Of a stretch of 64,000 bases of DNA, positions 62,282-64,000 are shown piece after piece. This stretch comes from Bacteriovoracaceae bacterium. GTDB lineage: Bacteria > Bdellovibrionota > Bacteriovoracia > Bacteriovoracales > Bacteriovoracaceae. A program made the translations under genes and the position numbers. Each line of letters begins with the position of its first letter. Positions within the stretch are counted from its first letter, which is position 1. The notes below the pieces were generated by a model. That model had not been told where the DNA came from and ran no database searches. It was given only the letters and a program-made list of their open reading frames with translations. The stretch is taken from positions 1,098,146-1,162,145 of the forward strand of contig OZ244226.1 in assembly GCA_965217035.1 (NCBI GenBank), read 5' to 3'.

Positions 62282-63337
62282 TTGAGATCTCGGCAAAAGA
62301 GAATTGTTGATAATTTTCAAACCATAAAAATGGTAAGTAAGCCCGAATGGTTAAAAGTTTGCGCTAATATCTTCATCATTATCTGCATTTTCACTATATT
62401 CATACTTGCTTTCATTCCCTGGCAGCAAACTTCTCGTGGAGAAGGCCAAGTCACAGCGATTGATCCCGCTAATAGGGTTCAAGATCTTTATGCACCAGTA
62501 AGTGGTCTCGTTAATGAATGGTATGTGGTCGACGGTTCAAAGGTTAAGAAAGGGGATCCGATTGTTCAAATCATCGATAATGACCCTAATTTTCTTCAAA
62601 GATTAGAAAGTGAAAGAGATGCTGTTCTCCAACAATATGAAGCCGCTAGAATTTCTACAAAAACTGCTCGTAATAATTATAAACGACAAAAAAAGCTTTT
62701 CGAAGAAGGTCTTACCTCTAAAGTCAGTGAAGAGAAAGCCCTTATTACCTACAAGAAGAATTTAGTTGATGAAGCTAAAATTTCTGCAAAGCTTACTCAA
62801 GCAGAAGTAAAACTCTCTCAACAACAAAATCAAATGATTCGCGCTCCAAGAGATGGACAAATCCTGCGAGTAAGACCTGGAACAGGAGCTGTCTTCTTAA
62901 AAAAAGGTGATTATATTGTTACATTTGTCCCAGAAACGACAAAGCCTGCTACTGAAATATTTATAAATGGAAACGATCTGCCTTTGGTTTATCCAGGCCG
63001 GCATGTTCGTTTACAATTTGAAGGATGGCCTGCGGTACAGTTTAGTGGATGGCCTTCTGTTGCTGTTGGTACTTTTGGAGGTCGAGTTTTCAGTGTTGAC
63101 CCTTCAGTTCAGCAGAATGGAAAGTTCAGAGTTCTTATTGAACCCACAGAAGAAGAACCTTGGCCCGATATGACTTATCTTCGTCAAGGAACTCGAGCTT
63201 ATGGCTGGGTCTTACTTGATACTGTTAAGATCGGCTATGAGCTTTGGCGGCAGCTTAATGGATTCCCCCCTTCAATAGAATCCAACCCATACGTTACCGG
63301 CAGTAAAGTAAAAGATAAAAAGAAAGATAAAAAATGA
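62282..63337 (+). CDS. HlyD family periplasmic adaptor
   Basis: TM, PWQQT, APVSG, IRAPRDG, VRLQFEGWP; AGGAG RBS with TTG start. Confidence 0.9.
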   Translation: MRSRQKRIVDNFQTIKMVSKPEWLKVCANIFIIICIFTIFILAFIPWQQTSRGEGQVTAIDPANRVQDLYAPVSGLVNEWYVVDGSKVKKGDPIVQIIDNDPNFLQRLESERDAVLQQYEAARISTKTARNNYKRQKKLFEEGLTSKVSEEKALITYKKNLVDEAKISAKLTQAEVKLSQQQNQMIRAPRDGQILRVRPGTGAVFLKKGDYIVTFVPETTKPATEIFINGNDLPLVYPGRHVRLQFEGWPAVQFSGWPSVAVGTFGGRVFSVDPSVQQNGKFRVLIEPTEEEPWPDMTYLRQGTRAYGWVLLDTVKIGYELWRQLNGFPPSIESNPYVTGSKVKDKKKDKK

Positions 63338-64000
63338 AGTGGTTAATCCTCTTGCTCTATTCGACTGGAACTTTCGCTGGAATCCTAAGTACTGGGCAAA
63401 TTATTAGCTCAGTAACAAAACATTATCCCCTCATCCTCCAAGCACAATATCGTAAAATTGAAGCAAGAGAATCTTTACGAGAAAAAAAAGGTGCTTTTGA
63501 TTTAAGACTAGAGGGAAAAGCTGATACTCGAGTCGATGGATTTTATGATGGGAATATCTATGGCCTAAAACTTGTAAAACCTTTTCGAACCTTTAATACA
63601 AAACTCTATGGAGGATTTCGAAGATCCGATGGACTCTTCCCTTCTTACGAAGGTAAAGCTGATACTCTCGATGAAGGTGAATACATGATAGGGGCTGAGT
63701 TCTCATTATTGAGAAATCGCTTTATGCATGAAAAACAATTCTTAGAACGACTCGCAAGACTCAAACTTGAAAAAGCAGGCAATAAACTTGAAGTCACTCA
63801 AAACATGGTCAAAGAACAAGCTCTTATCACTTATTGGAGTTGGGTTATCGCTGGAAAGAGTTATCAAATTTTTGATGACCTTCTAAAGGTTGCTGAAAAA
63901 AGACAAAGTAATTTGAAAAGAAGGTATAAAAGAGGAGCTCTTGCGAAAATTCAAATTATTGAGAATATGCAATACATTACTGAGCGACGCTCAAAAAGAG
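63334..64000 (+). CDS. TolC family outer-membrane protein (runs off the window)
   Basis: ATGA overlap with HlyD; MKWLILLL signal, HYPLI...GAFD pattern; no stop before the window end. Confidence 0.8.
   Translation, partial: MKWLILLLYSTGTFAGILSTGQIISSVTKHYPLILQAQYRKIEARESLREKKGAFDLRLEGKADTRVDGFYDGNIYGLKLVKPFRTFNTKLYGGFRRSDGLFPSYEGKADTLDEGEYMIGAEFSLLRNRFMHEKQFLERLARLKLEKAGNKLEVTQNMVKEQALITYWSWVIAGKSYQIFDDLLKVAEKRQSNLKRRYKRGALAKIQIIENMQYITERRSKR

Noticed and set aside
331..63173. Many 60-125 aa ORFs nested in or antisense to long genes
   Set aside because: They overlap well-supported CDSs and show no recognisable motifs.

Overview
AT-rich (roughly 35% GC by eye), very densely packed bacterial chromosomal segment. 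Gene content and style (sigma54 promoters, many secreted hypotheticals, lytic transglycosylase, PrkA) suggest a Bdellovibrionota (Bacteriovoracia-like) predator; this is inference. About 1-33.4 kb is a scrambled LPS/surface-glycan locus: GT2/GT4/GT-C transferases, a GlfT2-like enzyme, ugd-uxs, manC, rmlACDB, msbA, an O-antigen ligase and a lipid-linked sugar module, with metF and metH translationally coupled into it. About 33.4-64 kb holds housekeeping genes (mgtE, rplU-rpmA-obgE-rsfS-rlmH-pfkA, gdhA, nadA plus cysteine desulfurase, PrkA, RluA family, arfB) mixed with accessory genes. The most notable accessory features are two secreted paralogues with a MACPF/CDC-like pore-forming signature (one with an Asp/Trp tandem-repeat insert), a non-origin parAB pair, an ABC-HlyD-TolC exporter with a fully degenerate ATPase domain, a sigma54-driven 32-aa peptide unit, a stand-alone ComM N-terminal domain and a long REP/MITE-like hairpin. 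No rRNA, tRNA, CRISPR array or transposase was recognised.
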